Below the pieces are notes generated by a model, which worked only from the letters and a program-made list of their open reading frames with translations, ran no database searches and was not told where the DNA came from. Of a stretch of 64,000 bases of DNA, positions 1 through 9,781 are shown one piece after another. Numbering within the stretch: position 1 is the stretch's first letter; each line of letters starts with the position of its first letter. The position numbers were made by a program, and so were the translations under genes. This DNA comes from Longimicrobiales bacterium (GTDB lineage Bacteria > Gemmatimonadota > Gemmatimonadetes > Longimicrobiales > Gaopeijiaceae): assembly GCA_965203485.1 (NCBI GenBank), contig OZ241892.1, positions 1,568,001 to 1,632,000 of the forward strand. The letters are read 5' to 3'.

Positions 1-357
1 TTCGCGCACTTGCTCGTATTCGAGAAGACGGCGCACCAGCTCCGCCCGCGGATCCTCGTCGTCATCGTCGCCGGGCGCTCCCGGCAACAGCAACCGCGCC
101 TTGATGCGCACCAGCGTCGCCGCCATTTCCAGGAATTCTCCGGCTTCGTCGATTCGGCGGGCCACCACGCTCTCGACGGCCTCGACGAACTGCCGCGTGA
201 TCGGCGCGATGGGAATGTCGAAGATGTCCACGTCCTGCGTGCGAATCAGGTGCAGCAGCAGGTCGAGCGGGCCTTGGAAGTGGTCGGTGTCGACCATGAG
301 GAACCCGTCTGTCGACGCGCCGTCGTCGAGTCCCCGAACGGCGACTCGGCCGGTCAT
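1..357 (-). CDS. scpA: Segregation and condensation protein A (partial, runs off window start)
   Basis: Manual translation of the minus strand (absent from the ORF track): MTGRVAV...HFQGPLDLLLHLIRTQDVDIFDIPIAPIT...GEFLEMAATLVRIKARLLLP...EDPRAELVRRLLEYE, the ScpA signature. Its ATG overlaps the upstream TGA (ATGA at 354-357). Confidence 0.92.
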   Translation of the reverse strand, partial: MTGRVAVRGLDDGASTDGFLMVDTDHFQGPLDLLLHLIRTQDVDIFDIPIAPITRQFVEAVESVVARRIDEAGEFLEMAATLVRIKARLLLPGAPGDDDDEDPRAELVRRLLEYEQVRE

Positions 358-1004
358 CCGAGCACCAGCCCGAGAATCCAAGTCAGGGCCAGTCGGACCG
401 GCGCGAAGACCACCGAGAACGCGCCCGGCGCCAGCGCCACCACGAGCAAGACGCCCACCGCGCCAAAGCGGCCAAACCGCAGGTAAGGCGCCCGCAACGA
501 CCGCGGAAGCAGGTGGAGGAGCACCCTGGAGCCGTCCAGGGGCGGGACCGGAATCAGGTTGATCCACGCCAAGGTAAGATTGATCAAGATGCCGTAGAAG
601 AGAACCGAGGAGAAACCGGCGCCCGCAACGACGGCCGAGCCGAAGGCCCCGCCCGTGGTCCGCCAGAGGACGAACCCCGCAACCGACAACACCGCCACGA
701 GCGCCAAGTTGGCCGCGACGCCGGCCAGCGACACGCGAATGTCGCCGCCCCGGTAGTCGCGGAAGTTCTCGGGATTGACGGGAACCGGCTTCGCCCAGCC
801 GAACACGAAACCGCCCGGAAGGAGATGGAGGGCCACGGGCACCAGAAGCGATCCGACCAAGTCCAGGTGCGGAAGCGGGTTCAGCGTGATGCGACCCAAG
901 TCGCGAGCCGTGGGGTCGCCCTCGCGCCAAGCCTGCCACGCATGGGCGACTTCGTGAACGACGACGGAGAAGACGAGGACCAGCACGACGACGAGAAAAT
1001 CCAT
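354..1004 (-). CDS. Site-2 protease family (M50) membrane metalloprotease
   Basis: HEVAH zinc motif, GDPTA..GRITLNPLPHLD, FGWAKPVPVNP and NLIPVPPLDG motifs. ATG at 1004 with TATATT about 8 nt upstream (probably leaderless). Confidence 0.9.
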   Translation of the reverse strand: MDFLVVVLVLVFSVVVHEVAHAWQAWREGDPTARDLGRITLNPLPHLDLVGSLLVPVALHLLPGGFVFGWAKPVPVNPENFRDYRGGDIRVSLAGVAANLALVAVLSVAGFVLWRTTGGAFGSAVVAGAGFSSVLFYGILINLTLAWINLIPVPPLDGSRVLLHLLPRSLRAPYLRFGRFGAVGVLLVVALAPGAFSVVFAPVRLALTWILGLVLG

Positions 1005-1067
1005 TGCGATGCAATATAGGCGAACGGGGGGACGCGCGGAGCGGGACGGGTCGGTTCGGCGCACCCG

Positions 1068-1096
1068 TTGACCCTTGGGCGGCGCGTCTCTATTCT
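1068..1096 (+). promoter_or_regulatory. Sigma70-type promoter for rpsT
   Basis: TTGACC-N17-TATTCT upstream of the rpsT start. Confidence 0.6.
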
Positions 1097-1163
1097 TGTC
1101 GGTGCCGATCGGGACTTCGCGGCGGAAGCGGAGCGGCGGATTGCCGGAAGCGAAACGGAGAAA

Positions 1164-1418
1164 ATGCCGAACATCAAGAGCGCGAAGAAGCGCATGGAGC
1201 TCAGCAGGCGGGCGCGCGACCGCAACCGGGTGACGCGGTCCCGCATCCGAACGGCCGTGCGGCGCGTTCGCGAAGCCGGTTCGCGCGAGCAGGCGGAGGG
1301 CCTCCGCCGGCAGGCAGTCGCCATCGTCGACCGGGCGGCGGCGCGACGCGTCATGCACCCCAACAGGGCCGCGCGCATCAAGTCGCAACTCGACCGGCTG
1401 GTCCGCGCCGCTTCCTGA
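1164..1418 (+). CDS. rpsT: 30S ribosomal protein S20
   Basis: MPNIKSAKKRM...RNRVTRSRIRTAVR...MHPNRAARIKSQL; GGAG RBS upstream. Confidence 0.97.
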   Translation: MPNIKSAKKRMELSRRARDRNRVTRSRIRTAVRRVREAGSREQAEGLRRQAVAIVDRAAARRVMHPNRAARIKSQLDRLVRAAS

Positions 1419-1442
1419 GGGAGGTTGCGCGGTTCGGACCGC

Positions 1443-2801
1443 TCAGCCGGCGGAGTCCAGGCTCCAGGCGGTGCGGCCCGCCACCAGCGTTCGCACGGGA
1501 CGTCCGATCGCGTTGAAGCCGGAGAACGGCGTGTTGCGGCTCTTCGACAAGAACCCGCCCGCGTCGATGGTCCACCGGCGCGACGGGTCGATCAGCGCCA
1601 CGTCCGCCGGGCGGCCGGGAGCCAAGCTGCCTGCAGGCACGCCCAGGAGTCTGGCGGGGGCGGCGGACATGCGCTCGATCAGAGTGGGCAGATCGATGAC
1701 GCCGCCCAGAACAAGCTCGGTGTGCAGCACGGCGAACGCGGTCTCCAGACCGACGACGCCGAACGGCGCGTCGTCGAACGCCTGCTCCTTCTCGTCGTAG
1801 TGGCAGGGCGCGTGGTCGGTCGCCACGCAGTCGATCACGCCTTCGGCGAGCGCCTGGCGCAATGCGCCGACGTCCTCGGCCGGGCGAAGCGGCGGGTCGA
1901 CCTTGTACTCGGCGCCGTAGCCGGCCAGCATCTCGTGGTGGAGGAGAAGATGATGCGGCGTGGCCTCCGCGGTCACCCGCGCGCCTCGCTCCCTCGCCCT
2001 CCGGATCAAATCGCATGCGGCGGCGGTGGTGACTCGCTGCACGTGAAGACGGCCGCCCGTGGCCTCGGCCAGCGCCACGTCGCGCGCCGTTCCAACCTCC
2101 TCGGCGACCGCGGGCTTGCCTCGCAATCCCAGGCGGGTCGAGACGACGCCCTCGTGCATGACCCCGCCCTCGGCGAGCCACGAATCTTCGGCGTGGGCCA
2201 GGACGGGCACGCCGAAGGACTGCGCGTACTCCAGCGCGCGCCGCATGATCAGCGTGGACCGCACGGCCCGGCAGTCGGCCAGGGCCACGGCGCCCGCCGC
2301 GACGACCTCGCCGAATTCGGTGAGCCGCTCGCCCGCGCAGCTCACCGACAGCGCCGCCGCCGGAAGCACTCTGGCGCCGACGGCCCTGCGCCCGGCCGCG
2401 ACCGCAAAGCCCACGGCGGCCGGGTCGTCCACGACCGGGTCGGTGCCGGGCATCGTACAGACGGCCGTGCAACCACCGGCCGCAGCCGCGCGCGCGCCCG
2501 ACGCGATCGTCTCCCGATGCTCCCCCCCGGGCTCGCAAAAATGCACGTGCGGATCCACGAAGCCGGGCGCCGCCACCAGGCCCGACGCATCGATGAGGCG
2601 ATCGCCGTTCGCCGCCCGTTCTCCGCCGCCGGGTCCCCCGCCCACCCGGGCCGACGCCGCTCGGCCTCCGGTCGCTTCCGGCGCAAGTCCGGCGCCCACG
2701 GCCGCGATCCGTCCGTCCTCGATCAGCACGTCGGCCCGACGGTCCACCCCTTGCGCCGGGTCCACCACCCGCCCGCCGCGTATCCAAAGCCGGCCGCTCA
2801 C
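1443..2801 (-). CDS. pyrC: Dihydroorotase (class I)
   Basis: PGFVDPHVHFCEPG, YKVDPPLR, ATDHAPC and SKSRNTPF motifs; follows pyrB. Start uncertain (GTG at 2801). Confidence 0.9.
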   Translation of the reverse strand: MSGRLWIRGGRVVDPAQGVDRRADVLIEDGRIAAVGAGLAPEATGGRAASARVGGGPGGGERAANGDRLIDASGLVAAPGFVDPHVHFCEPGGEHRETIASGARAAAAGGCTAVCTMPGTDPVVDDPAAVGFAVAAGRRAVGARVLPAAALSVSCAGERLTEFGEVVAAGAVALADCRAVRSTLIMRRALEYAQSFGVPVLAHAEDSWLAEGGVMHEGVVSTRLGLRGKPAVAEEVGTARDVALAEATGGRLHVQRVTTAAACDLIRRARERGARVTAEATPHHLLLHHEMLAGYGAEYKVDPPLRPAEDVGALRQALAEGVIDCVATDHAPCHYDEKEQAFDDAPFGVVGLETAFAVLHTELVLGGVIDLPTLIERMSAAPARLLGVPAGSLAPGRPADVALIDPSRRWTIDAGGFLSKSRNTPFSGFNAIGRPVRTLVAGRTAWSLDSAG

Positions 2802-2847
2802 TGCGCCGTTCGCTCCGTTCGAGTCCCGGACGCGCTCGGGCGCCGCG

Positions 2848-3813
2848 TCACGCGCCCGCCGCCTCCGACTCGGCCGCCGACGGAGCTCCTCCGGCAACGA
2901 GATAGAGCACGGCCATCCGGACGGCGATGCCGTTGGTCACCTGCCGAAGGATCACGGAGTGCGGTCCGTCCGCCACGTCCGAATCGATCTCGACGCCGCG
3001 GTTCATGGGGCCGGGATGCAGGACCAGCAACGGCTTCCGGGCGTTCGCAAGGCGTTCCCGGGTAACGCCGAAGACGCGGTTGTATTCCCGCAGCGACGGG
3101 ACGAAGCCGCCGCGCATGCGCTCGAGCTGCAACCGAAGCACGTTGAGCGCATCCGCCCACTCGACGGCTTCCTCCACGCGCGCCAGCACTCGGGCTCCCA
3201 AGTCCTCGATCCCCGCCGGCACCAGAGTGCGGGGTCCGCACACGGCCACCCGAGCGCCCATCTTCGTCAGCCCGTAGATGTTGGAGCGCGCGACGCGGGA
3301 ATGCAGGATGTCGCCCAGGATGCAGACCTTGAGGCCGTCGAGCCGCCCGAAGTGATCGCGCAGCGTGAGGAGGTCGAGGAGAGCCTGGGTGGGGTGTTCG
3401 TGGGCGCCGTCCCCCGCGTTGATCACGTTCGAAGGGATGCGCCGGGCCAGAAATGCCGCGGCGCCTGCGCTCCAGTGGCGCAACACCACCATGTCGATCT
3501 GCATGGCCTCGAGGTTGCGGGCCGTGTCGACGAGAGTCTCGCCCTTGGTCACCGACGAGTCGGAGGGCGCCACGTGCACCGTGTCGGCCGACAACCGCTT
3601 CTCGGCGAAGTCGAACGACAGCCGCGTGCGGGTCGAAGGCTCGAAGAAGAGGTTGACGATGGTCTTGCCCCGCAGCACGGGCACCTTCTTGATGCGCCGG
3701 GCCGAGACTTCCTTGAAGGGGCCGGCCGTGTCGAGGAGCAGCGTGATCTGTGCCGCGGACAAGGATTCCAGCCCCGTGAGGTCCTTGCCCAAGGCCGCGG
3801 GCGCGGCGCTCAC
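2848..3813 (-). CDS. pyrB: Aspartate carbamoyltransferase catalytic subunit
   Basis: [28 protein letters not shown] and [11 protein letters not shown] motifs; GTG overlaps the pyrR stop. Confidence 0.96.
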   Translation of the reverse strand: MSAAPAALGKDLTGLESLSAAQITLLLDTAGPFKEVSARRIKKVPVLRGKTIVNLFFEPSTRTRLSFDFAEKRLSADTVHVAPSDSSVTKGETLVDTARNLEAMQIDMVVLRHWSAGAAAFLARRIPSNVINAGDGAHEHPTQALLDLLTLRDHFGRLDGLKVCILGDILHSRVARSNIYGLTKMGARVAVCGPRTLVPAGIEDLGARVLARVEEAVEWADALNVLRLQLERMRGGFVPSLREYNRVFGVTRERLANARKPLLVLHPGPMNRGVEIDSDVADGPHSVILRQVTNGIAVRMAVLYLVAGGAPSAAESEAAGA

Positions 3814-4364
3814 GGGGCGTCGCGGGCGCACAGCTCCACGGCGAGGTCGCCGTCCACTTCCGGCACGAGGACGTCGACCCTCCGGCCGGCAGCCACGCTG
3901 CACGCGTGTCCCGCCACGTCGGCTTGCACCGGCAGCTCGCGTCCGCCCCGGTCCACCAAGACGCACAGGAGAATCCGCGCCGGGCGGCCCAAGTCGGTGA
4001 GCTCCTTCATCGCCGCGCACACGGTGCGGCCGGTGTAGAGGACGTCGTCGACCAGCACGACGGTCTTGGCGTCCACGCCTCCCGGCGGGATCCGCGTCTC
4101 CCGCACTTCCGGGCGCGGACCGATCTTCATGAGATCGTCGCGGTAGAAGGTGATGTCCAGCGTGCCGGTGGGAACCGGGCCCCGGCCGGTCTCGGCGATG
4201 GCGCGGCCGATGCGGTCGGCCAAGTGCACGCCGCGCCGCTGGATGCCCATGAGGGCGATGTCTCCGGCGCCATCCAGCGCCTCCAACGCCTCGGCGGCCA
4301 TGCGGGCGACGGCCCGCCGGACTGCGGCGGCGTCCATGAGGACGACGGGAGGGACGGAAGTCAC
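3810..4364 (-). CDS. pyrR: Pyrimidine operon regulator / uracil phosphoribosyltransferase PyrR
   Basis: [23 protein letters not shown] and [14 protein letters not shown] motifs; first gene of pyrR-pyrB-pyrC. Confidence 0.95.
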   Translation of the reverse strand: MTSVPPVVLMDAAAVRRAVARMAAEALEALDGAGDIALMGIQRRGVHLADRIGRAIAETGRGPVPTGTLDITFYRDDLMKIGPRPEVRETRIPPGGVDAKTVVLVDDVLYTGRTVCAAMKELTDLGRPARILLCVLVDRGGRELPVQADVAGHACSVAAGRRVDVLVPEVDGDLAVELCARDAP

Positions 4365-4658
4365 GTTGTTGGGTCGTTCCCCGGTCGACAGGACGGGCGG
4401 CGCTGCCGGCCAGCGGTCGCGAAACCGAGTCCGGCGCGCAGGGGGTGCGCCGGAACACCAGACGGCCCGCTTGGGCGGGACGAGAGTTCGGCTCTACGCG
4501 AGTCGGCGGGCGGGCGCGGGCGGCCCGTTCGCATTCGCTCGGCGACCTCCGCCCCGCCCGGCGCCGATTGGAAGCTAATTGCGCGCAAGGCCGCCAACCA
4601 GCATCATGGTCTCTCTCTCTCTCGCCCCCCCACGGACCCTCGACCGCCTGCTCGTCCC

Positions 4659-6644
4659 ATGCACCGCCGCCATGCCTTCGCGGGCTCGTTCCGGCCCGTT
4701 CCTCGACGACGCCCCGGCCGTTCGGCGCGACGGGCGACGCTCGCGTGGTGCGCGGCGGCGCTGTTCGCCGCGCCGATGCAGTCGGCAGCGCAGCTGGTGG
4801 AGGACGGCCCCAAGGTCGTGCTGGGATCGGTGCCCTTCGCGCTCTCCGTGCGCACCGAAGACGACGCCGCAGCCGTCCAAGTGCTCGACGCGGCAGGCGC
4901 GTTGCTCGCCGAGGCGCCCGCAGACGCCGGAGAGACGACGCAAATTCGCGACATCGTCGTTCCGTCGCGCGACGCGTTGCCGCTCGAGGTCCGGGCGGGG
5001 GGGGCTCGGGAGGCGTTCGACCGGCCGTTCGCGCCCGGATGGTTCTCCCTGCTGCCTCCACTCCTGGCCATCCTTCTGGCGCTCGTCCTGAAGGAGGTGA
5101 TCAGCGCGCTCCTCGCGGGGATATGGCTGGGCGCGCTGGCGGTGGCGGGCTACGACCCCGTCCAGGCGACGTGGCGGCTCGTGGACCAATATGTGGTTCA
5201 GGCGCTCGCCGACACGGACAGCGGCCACGTGCACATCGTGGTCTTCAGTCTCCTGCTGGGAGGCATGGTCGGGATCATCGGCAAGAACGGCGGCACGGCC
5301 GGGATCGTGCAGGCGGTCGCGCCGCTCGCGCGAAACCGGCGTCGCGGCAAGCTGGCCACCGCGTTGGCGGGCCTCGCGATCTTCTTCGACGACTACGCGA
5401 ACACGCTGGTCGTGGGCAACACGATGCGGCCGATCACCGACAAGCTGCGGGTCTCGCGCGAGAAGCTGGCGTACTTGGTGGACTCGACGGCGGCGCCCGT
5501 CGCGGCCCTCGTGCCGGTCTCCACGTGGGTCGGCTACGAGATCTCGCTCATCGACGGGGGCCTCGAGGCGGCAGCCGCGGGCACCACGGGAGCGGACGCG
5601 GCGTTCCTCGGAGGGCTCAGCCCCTTCGGCGTCTTCCTCGACACCATCCCGTACCTCTTCTATCCCATCCTGGCCATGGCGATGGTGTTCCTGACGTCGT
5701 GGACGAACCGGGACTTCGGTCCCATGGCGCGCGCCGAGACCCGCGCAGCGGACGGCGGCGGCCTCTGCCGACCGGGCGCGACGCCGGCTACCGACACGTC
5801 CGGGTCCTTCCTCGCGCCAAAGGCCGACGTGCCCCGGCGCTGGTGGAACGCGGGCTTGCCGGTGCTGACCGTGGTGACGGTCGTGCTGGCCGGGCTCTAC
5901 ACCACGGGGAGCGCGGCGGCGGGGCCGGAAGCGTCGCTGCGCGAAGTGTTCGGGTCGGCCGACCCGTTCCGCACGCTTCTGTGGGGATCCCTGTCGGGAT
6001 GCGCGGCGGCGGCTCTGCTGTCGCTGGCGCAGCGCGCGCTAACGCTGTCGGAGTGCGTGGAGGCGTGGGCCGGAGGCGTCAAGGCGATGATGGTGGCAAT
6101 GGTGATCTTGACGCTGGCGTGGGCGCTGGGGTCGGTGGCGCAAGACGTCGGCACCGCCGCGTACCTTGCGCAGATCATCCAGGGCAACCTGCCGCTCTTC
6201 CTGCTGCCGGCCGTGGTCTTCACGACCTCGGGCCTGATGGCCTTCGCTACCGGAACGTCGTGGACGACGATGTCGATCATGATCCCGTTGGTCGTGCCGC
6301 TCGCCGTGGCGCTGGCCGGAGGCACGGGGTTCGCGGACGGCTCGCAGTACGGGCTGCTGCTGGGGACCGTGAGCGCCGTGCTCGCCGGCGCGATCTGGGG
6401 CGACCACTGCTCGCCGATCTCGGACACCACGGTGCTGTCCTCCACCGCCGCCGCCTGCGACCACATGGACCACGTGCGCACGCAGATGCCCTACGCGATG
6501 CTGGTGGGCGGCGTGGCGCTCGTTCTCGGCAGCATCGGGACGGCGCTCTGGTTGCCTCCATGGCTGGCGCTCGCTGGCGGCGTGGCGCTTCTGGCCGTCG
6601 TCTTGCGGTTCTTCGGCACGACCGTGGCGGAAGCGCGGGGGTAG
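4659..6644 (+). CDS. Na+/H+ antiporter NhaC family membrane protein with N-terminal extracytoplasmic domain
   Basis: [49 protein letters not shown] and [10 protein letters not shown] motifs. Start uncertain (4659 or 4776). Confidence 0.85.
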   Translation: MHRRHAFAGSFRPVPRRRPGRSARRATLAWCAAALFAAPMQSAAQLVEDGPKVVLGSVPFALSVRTEDDAAAVQVLDAAGALLAEAPADAGETTQIRDIVVPSRDALPLEVRAGGAREAFDRPFAPGWFSLLPPLLAILLALVLKEVISALLAGIWLGALAVAGYDPVQATWRLVDQYVVQALADTDSGHVHIVVFSLLLGGMVGIIGKNGGTAGIVQAVAPLARNRRRGKLATALAGLAIFFDDYANTLVVGNTMRPITDKLRVSREKLAYLVDSTAAPVAALVPVSTWVGYEISLIDGGLEAAAAGTTGADAAFLGGLSPFGVFLDTIPYLFYPILAMAMVFLTSWTNRDFGPMARAETRAADGGGLCRPGATPATDTSGSFLAPKADVPRRWWNAGLPVLTVVTVVLAGLYTTGSAAAGPEASLREVFGSADPFRTLLWGSLSGCAAAALLSLAQRALTLSECVEAWAGGVKAMMVAMVILTLAWALGSVAQDVGTAAYLAQIIQGNLPLFLLPAVVFTTSGLMAFATGTSWTTMSIMIPLVVPLAVALAGGTGFADGSQYGLLLGTVSAVLAGAIWGDHCSPISDTTVLSSTAAACDHMDHVRTQMPYAMLVGGVALVLGSIGTALWLPPWLALAGGVALLAVVLRFFGTTVAEARG

Positions 6645-6719
6645 CTGGAGCGGCGCGTCCAAGCGGCGGGGTCGGGCGGCATCGAACCGGCCGGTGCGCG
6701 GCCGAGGCGGCCCCCGGAC

Positions 6720-7151
6720 TCAGCTCCGCCGGGCGCGGAAGAAGTCGCGCAGCAACGCGGCGGATTCCCGGGCGAGCACCCCGCCCCGCACCTCGGCACG
6801 GTGGTTCAGGCGTTCGTCGCGGACGATGTCGCCCAAGCTTCCGGCCATCCCGGACTTCGGATCGGCGGCCGCAAAGACCAGGCGGTCGACCCGGGCGAGC
6901 ACGACCGCCCCTGCGCACTGGGCGCAGGGCTCCAGCGTGGTGTACAAGGTGCAACCGTCCAGCCGCCAGTCGCCCCGCCGGCGCGCGGCCAGCCGGATTG
7001 CCACGTGTTCCGCGTGGGCCGTCGGATCGGACCACTCGACGGTCCGGTTGTGGGACTCCGCCACAAGTTCGCCGCCCGACACCACTACGGCGCCCACAGG
7101 CACCTCGCCCCGGACGGCGCCCGCTCGCGCGGCCTCGAGCGCCCGCGCCAT
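6720..7151 (-). CDS. tadA: tRNA adenosine(34) deaminase
   Basis: GEVPVGAVVV, DPTAHAE and TLEPCAQCAGA motifs. Confidence 0.93.
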   Translation of the reverse strand: MARALEAARAGAVRGEVPVGAVVVSGGELVAESHNRTVEWSDPTAHAEHVAIRLAARRRGDWRLDGCTLYTTLEPCAQCAGAVVLARVDRLVFAAADPKSGMAGSLGDIVRDERLNHRAEVRGGVLARESAALLRDFFRARRS

Positions 7152-7245
7152 CCACGATCGGTCGGCGCGGTCCCGGACGTCAGCGCTCGGCGAACGCCCC
7201 GGCTGCCCTTCCCTTCGGCGGATCGGGACCAGCGGCGCCCCCGGC

Positions 7246-7947
7246 CTAGTGCGGGGCGGCTCCGGCCCCGGTCGAGAGCGACCGGATGCGTCGCACGAGG
7301 GCCGACACGCGGCCGACGATCACGAGAGCAGTCGGTTCTTCCACGAGCATGGCGGGAGCCTTCCCCGCAACGGGGTGCAGCGAGACCCGCGAACCGCGCC
7401 TCTCGGAGCGGTAGTAGTCCGGCGAGCCTTCGACGCTCGCCACGATCAGTTGTCCGTTGGCGAGTTCCTCCCTCAGCACCGGCTCGACGACCAGCTGGTC
7501 GCCCTCCTCGATTCCAAGCGCGCCCAGTTGCGCGTTGGCGCGCACGACGAAGGCGCCCCTGCCTTCCACGAGTTGGCGGTCGAGGGACATGTGGGCGGCG
7601 GCCGGCTTGCGACGCGGGCCGGTGGCCTCGGCCAAGCTGCCGAAGCACGGCATGGACGCCGTCTTGGCGTGCAGGTCGACGCCGAGGATGCGGATTCCCC
7701 TGGAGCGCGAGGGGTCCCTCTCCAGAAAGCCCTTGTCGGCCAACGCCTGCAGGTGCTCGGACACCGTCTTGGTGCTCTTGATGCCGAATTCGCGCCCGAT
7801 CTCGCGGATGGAAGGCTGGTAGGTGCGGGACCGCAGGTAGCTGACCATGAAGTCGAGGATGCCTCGCTCGACGTCTGTCAGGACCGACGTGACCTTCGGG
7901 TCGACGGCCACGGGGGAAGATGCGCCCCGTCCTGGTCCGTTGCTCAT
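7246..7947 (-). CDS. lexA: LexA-family repressor, catalytically degenerate C-terminal S24 domain
   Basis: N-terminal winged HTH (YQPSIREIGREFGIKSTKTVSEHLQALADKGFLERDPSRSRGIRI) plus an S24-like fold (GIEEGDQLVV, NGQLIVA). The Ala-Gly site and the catalytic Ser and Lys are not present. Confidence 0.8.
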   Translation of the reverse strand: MSNGPGRGASSPVAVDPKVTSVLTDVERGILDFMVSYLRSRTYQPSIREIGREFGIKSTKTVSEHLQALADKGFLERDPSRSRGIRILGVDLHAKTASMPCFGSLAEATGPRRKPAAAHMSLDRQLVEGRGAFVVRANAQLGALGIEEGDQLVVEPVLREELANGQLIVASVEGSPDYYRSERRGSRVSLHPVAGKAPAMLVEEPTALVIVGRVSALVRRIRSLSTGAGAAPH

Positions 7948-8031
7948 GCGGTCGGGGTGGCGGGTGGGCGTTGGGGAGGGGCGCAGTCGGGTCGCGCGAG
8001 CGGGCCGGGCTTCGCGACGACGACGGGCGGC

Positions 8032-8060
8032 AACGTAGGCGCTCGCTTCGCGTGGCGCAA
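8032..8060 (-). promoter_or_regulatory. Putative sigma70 promoter for lexA
   Basis: Minus strand reads TTGCGC-N17-TACGTT, about 85 nt upstream of the lexA ATG. Confidence 0.45.
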
Positions 8061-8167
8061 ACCGCCGGGCGCCGGACATCCGATCGAGAAGTCCGGCCAT
8101 GGCGGCGGGGTCGGCCGAGGCCGATTCGGGCGGAATGGAGCGGCCCTCTCGTGGGGCCGAAACACGC

Positions 8168-9781
8168 TTACTTCGGCGCCTCGGGCGGTCCTTCGGCCAC
8201 GGCAAGCGCCGACAGCGCCGAGTCGATGCGCCCGAGGGACGGCCGCCGGCCCAGGAGGAGCAGGACGTCGAAGATGCCGGGACTGGCCCCCGACCCCGTG
8301 AGCGCCACCCGCAAGGACTGAAAGACCCTGCCCGCCGCCATGTCCAGCCGGCCTGCGAGGGCTCGGAGCGCGTCCTCCAGGGCGACGGCATCCCAATCCG
8401 CTTCCGCCAGAATCGCGCGCGCGCGCTGGAGGACCCGGACGGCCGCGGCCCGGTCGCGGCCCCAGGCCCTTCGAGCCGCCTTGGGGTCGAAGGCCCCAAC
8501 CGGCCCGACGTAAGGCCGCGCCAGAGCCGCCATCTCCCGCAGCGTGCTGCTCCGCGGGGCCAGCAGCTCGGCGAGCCGGACGAGAGGCCCCGAACCCGTG
8601 CCCGGCCCCAGCACAGGCGACGACGGAGCGAGGGAGCCGGACGGCGGAAGGCCGCATGGCGCGGGCCAGCTGGTTCGCTGCCGATCTCCGGAAGCGCCGG
8701 GTCCCCCAGGCGGCCCCCCGGACGGACCCGCCGGGCGTGCCGGCGGCGCAGCGGCCGCGCGCTCCCGCTCGATCTCCTCCTCCAGCACGGGAATCAGTTC
8801 CTCGGCCAGCCGCTCGGGTCTCATGCGGGTCATGTACTGGCGGTTCAGCCAACGGAGCTTCTCGGCGTCGAAGACGGCCCCCTTGCGGATCACGCGGCCC
8901 AGCCCGAAGCCGGCAACGAGGTCGTGCTCGGCGAGCAGTTCGTCGCCCGTCCCCGGGGACCAGCCCAGCAGGGCCAGGAAGTTGACGAGCGCCGCAGGCA
9001 GTATTCCGTCGCGCCGGTACGCCTGGACCGACTCGGCTCCGTGGCGCTTCGAGAGGCGGCTGCCGTCGGGGCCCAGGATGAGCGGCAGGTGGCCGAACTT
9101 GGGAACGGGCTCGCCGGCGGCGCGGTACAGAAGCGCCTGCTTGGGGGTGTTCGAGACGTGGTCGGCGCCGCGCACCACGTGCGTGACGCCCATTGCGGCG
9201 TCGTCGGACACGACGGCCAGGTTGTACGTGGGCGTGCCGTCGCTTCGCAGGATCACGAAGTCCTCGATCTCTTCGTTGTCGAAGCGCAGGCTCCCGAGCA
9301 CGAGGTCGTCCCAGGCGGTCGCGCCGGCCGGCACGCGAAAGCGCACTGCGAACGTCCGCCCTTCGGACGCCAGGCGGTCGCGCTCCTCCGCGGACCAGCG
9401 TGCTGCGAGCATTCGGGGCAACCGAGTGACGGCGCCCGTGCCGGCCGCGACAGCCGCCTCGCGTGCGCGGACGTACTCGTCGGGCGGCGTGAAGTCTCGG
9501 TACGCAAGCCCCTGGTTCAGGAGGCGCAACGCCAGCTCGCGGTGCCGCTCGGACCCCGCGGCCTGGAACACGGGCTCCTCGTCCCACCCGATTCCGAGCC
9601 AGGCCAGCGCGTCCAATATCTCCTCGACGTGCGCGGGCAGGCTGCGTTCGCGGTCCGTGTCCTCGATGCGCAGCAGAAACTGCCCGCCGTGCCGCTTTGC
9701 CAGGAGCCAGTTGAAGAGCGCGGTTCGGGCGCCGCCGACGTGAAGGGCGCCGGTCGGGGACGGCGCGAAGCGTACCCTCAC
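8168..9781 (-). CDS. gltX: Glutamate--tRNA ligase
   Basis: VRVRFAPSPTGALHVGGARTALFN, LRIEDTD, DGTPTYN and RLSKRHGA motifs. Carries a Pro/Gly-rich insertion of about 55 aa. Confidence 0.95.
   Translation of the reverse strand: MRVRFAPSPTGALHVGGARTALFNWLLAKRHGGQFLLRIEDTDRERSLPAHVEEILDALAWLGIGWDEEPVFQAAGSERHRELALRLLNQGLAYRDFTPPDEYVRAREAAVAAGTGAVTRLPRMLAARWSAEERDRLASEGRTFAVRFRVPAGATAWDDLVLGSLRFDNEEIEDFVILRSDGTPTYNLAVVSDDAAMGVTHVVRGADHVSNTPKQALLYRAAGEPVPKFGHLPLILGPDGSRLSKRHGAESVQAYRRDGILPAALVNFLALLGWSPGTGDELLAEHDLVAGFGLGRVIRKGAVFDAEKLRWLNRQYMTRMRPERLAEELIPVLEEEIERERAAAAPPARPAGPSGGPPGGPGASGDRQRTSWPAPCGLPPSGSLAPSSPVLGPGTGSGPLVRLAELLAPRSSTLREMAALARPYVGPVGAFDPKAARRAWGRDRAAAVRVLQRARAILAEADWDAVALEDALRALAGRLDMAAGRVFQSLRVALTGSGASPGIFDVLLLLGRRPSLGRIDSALSALAVAEGPPEAPK

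Noticed and set aside
4365..4600. PyrR-binding attenuator upstream of pyrR
   Set aside because: I could not find the ARUCC.GNGAGGYU binding-loop consensus or a U-tailed terminator.
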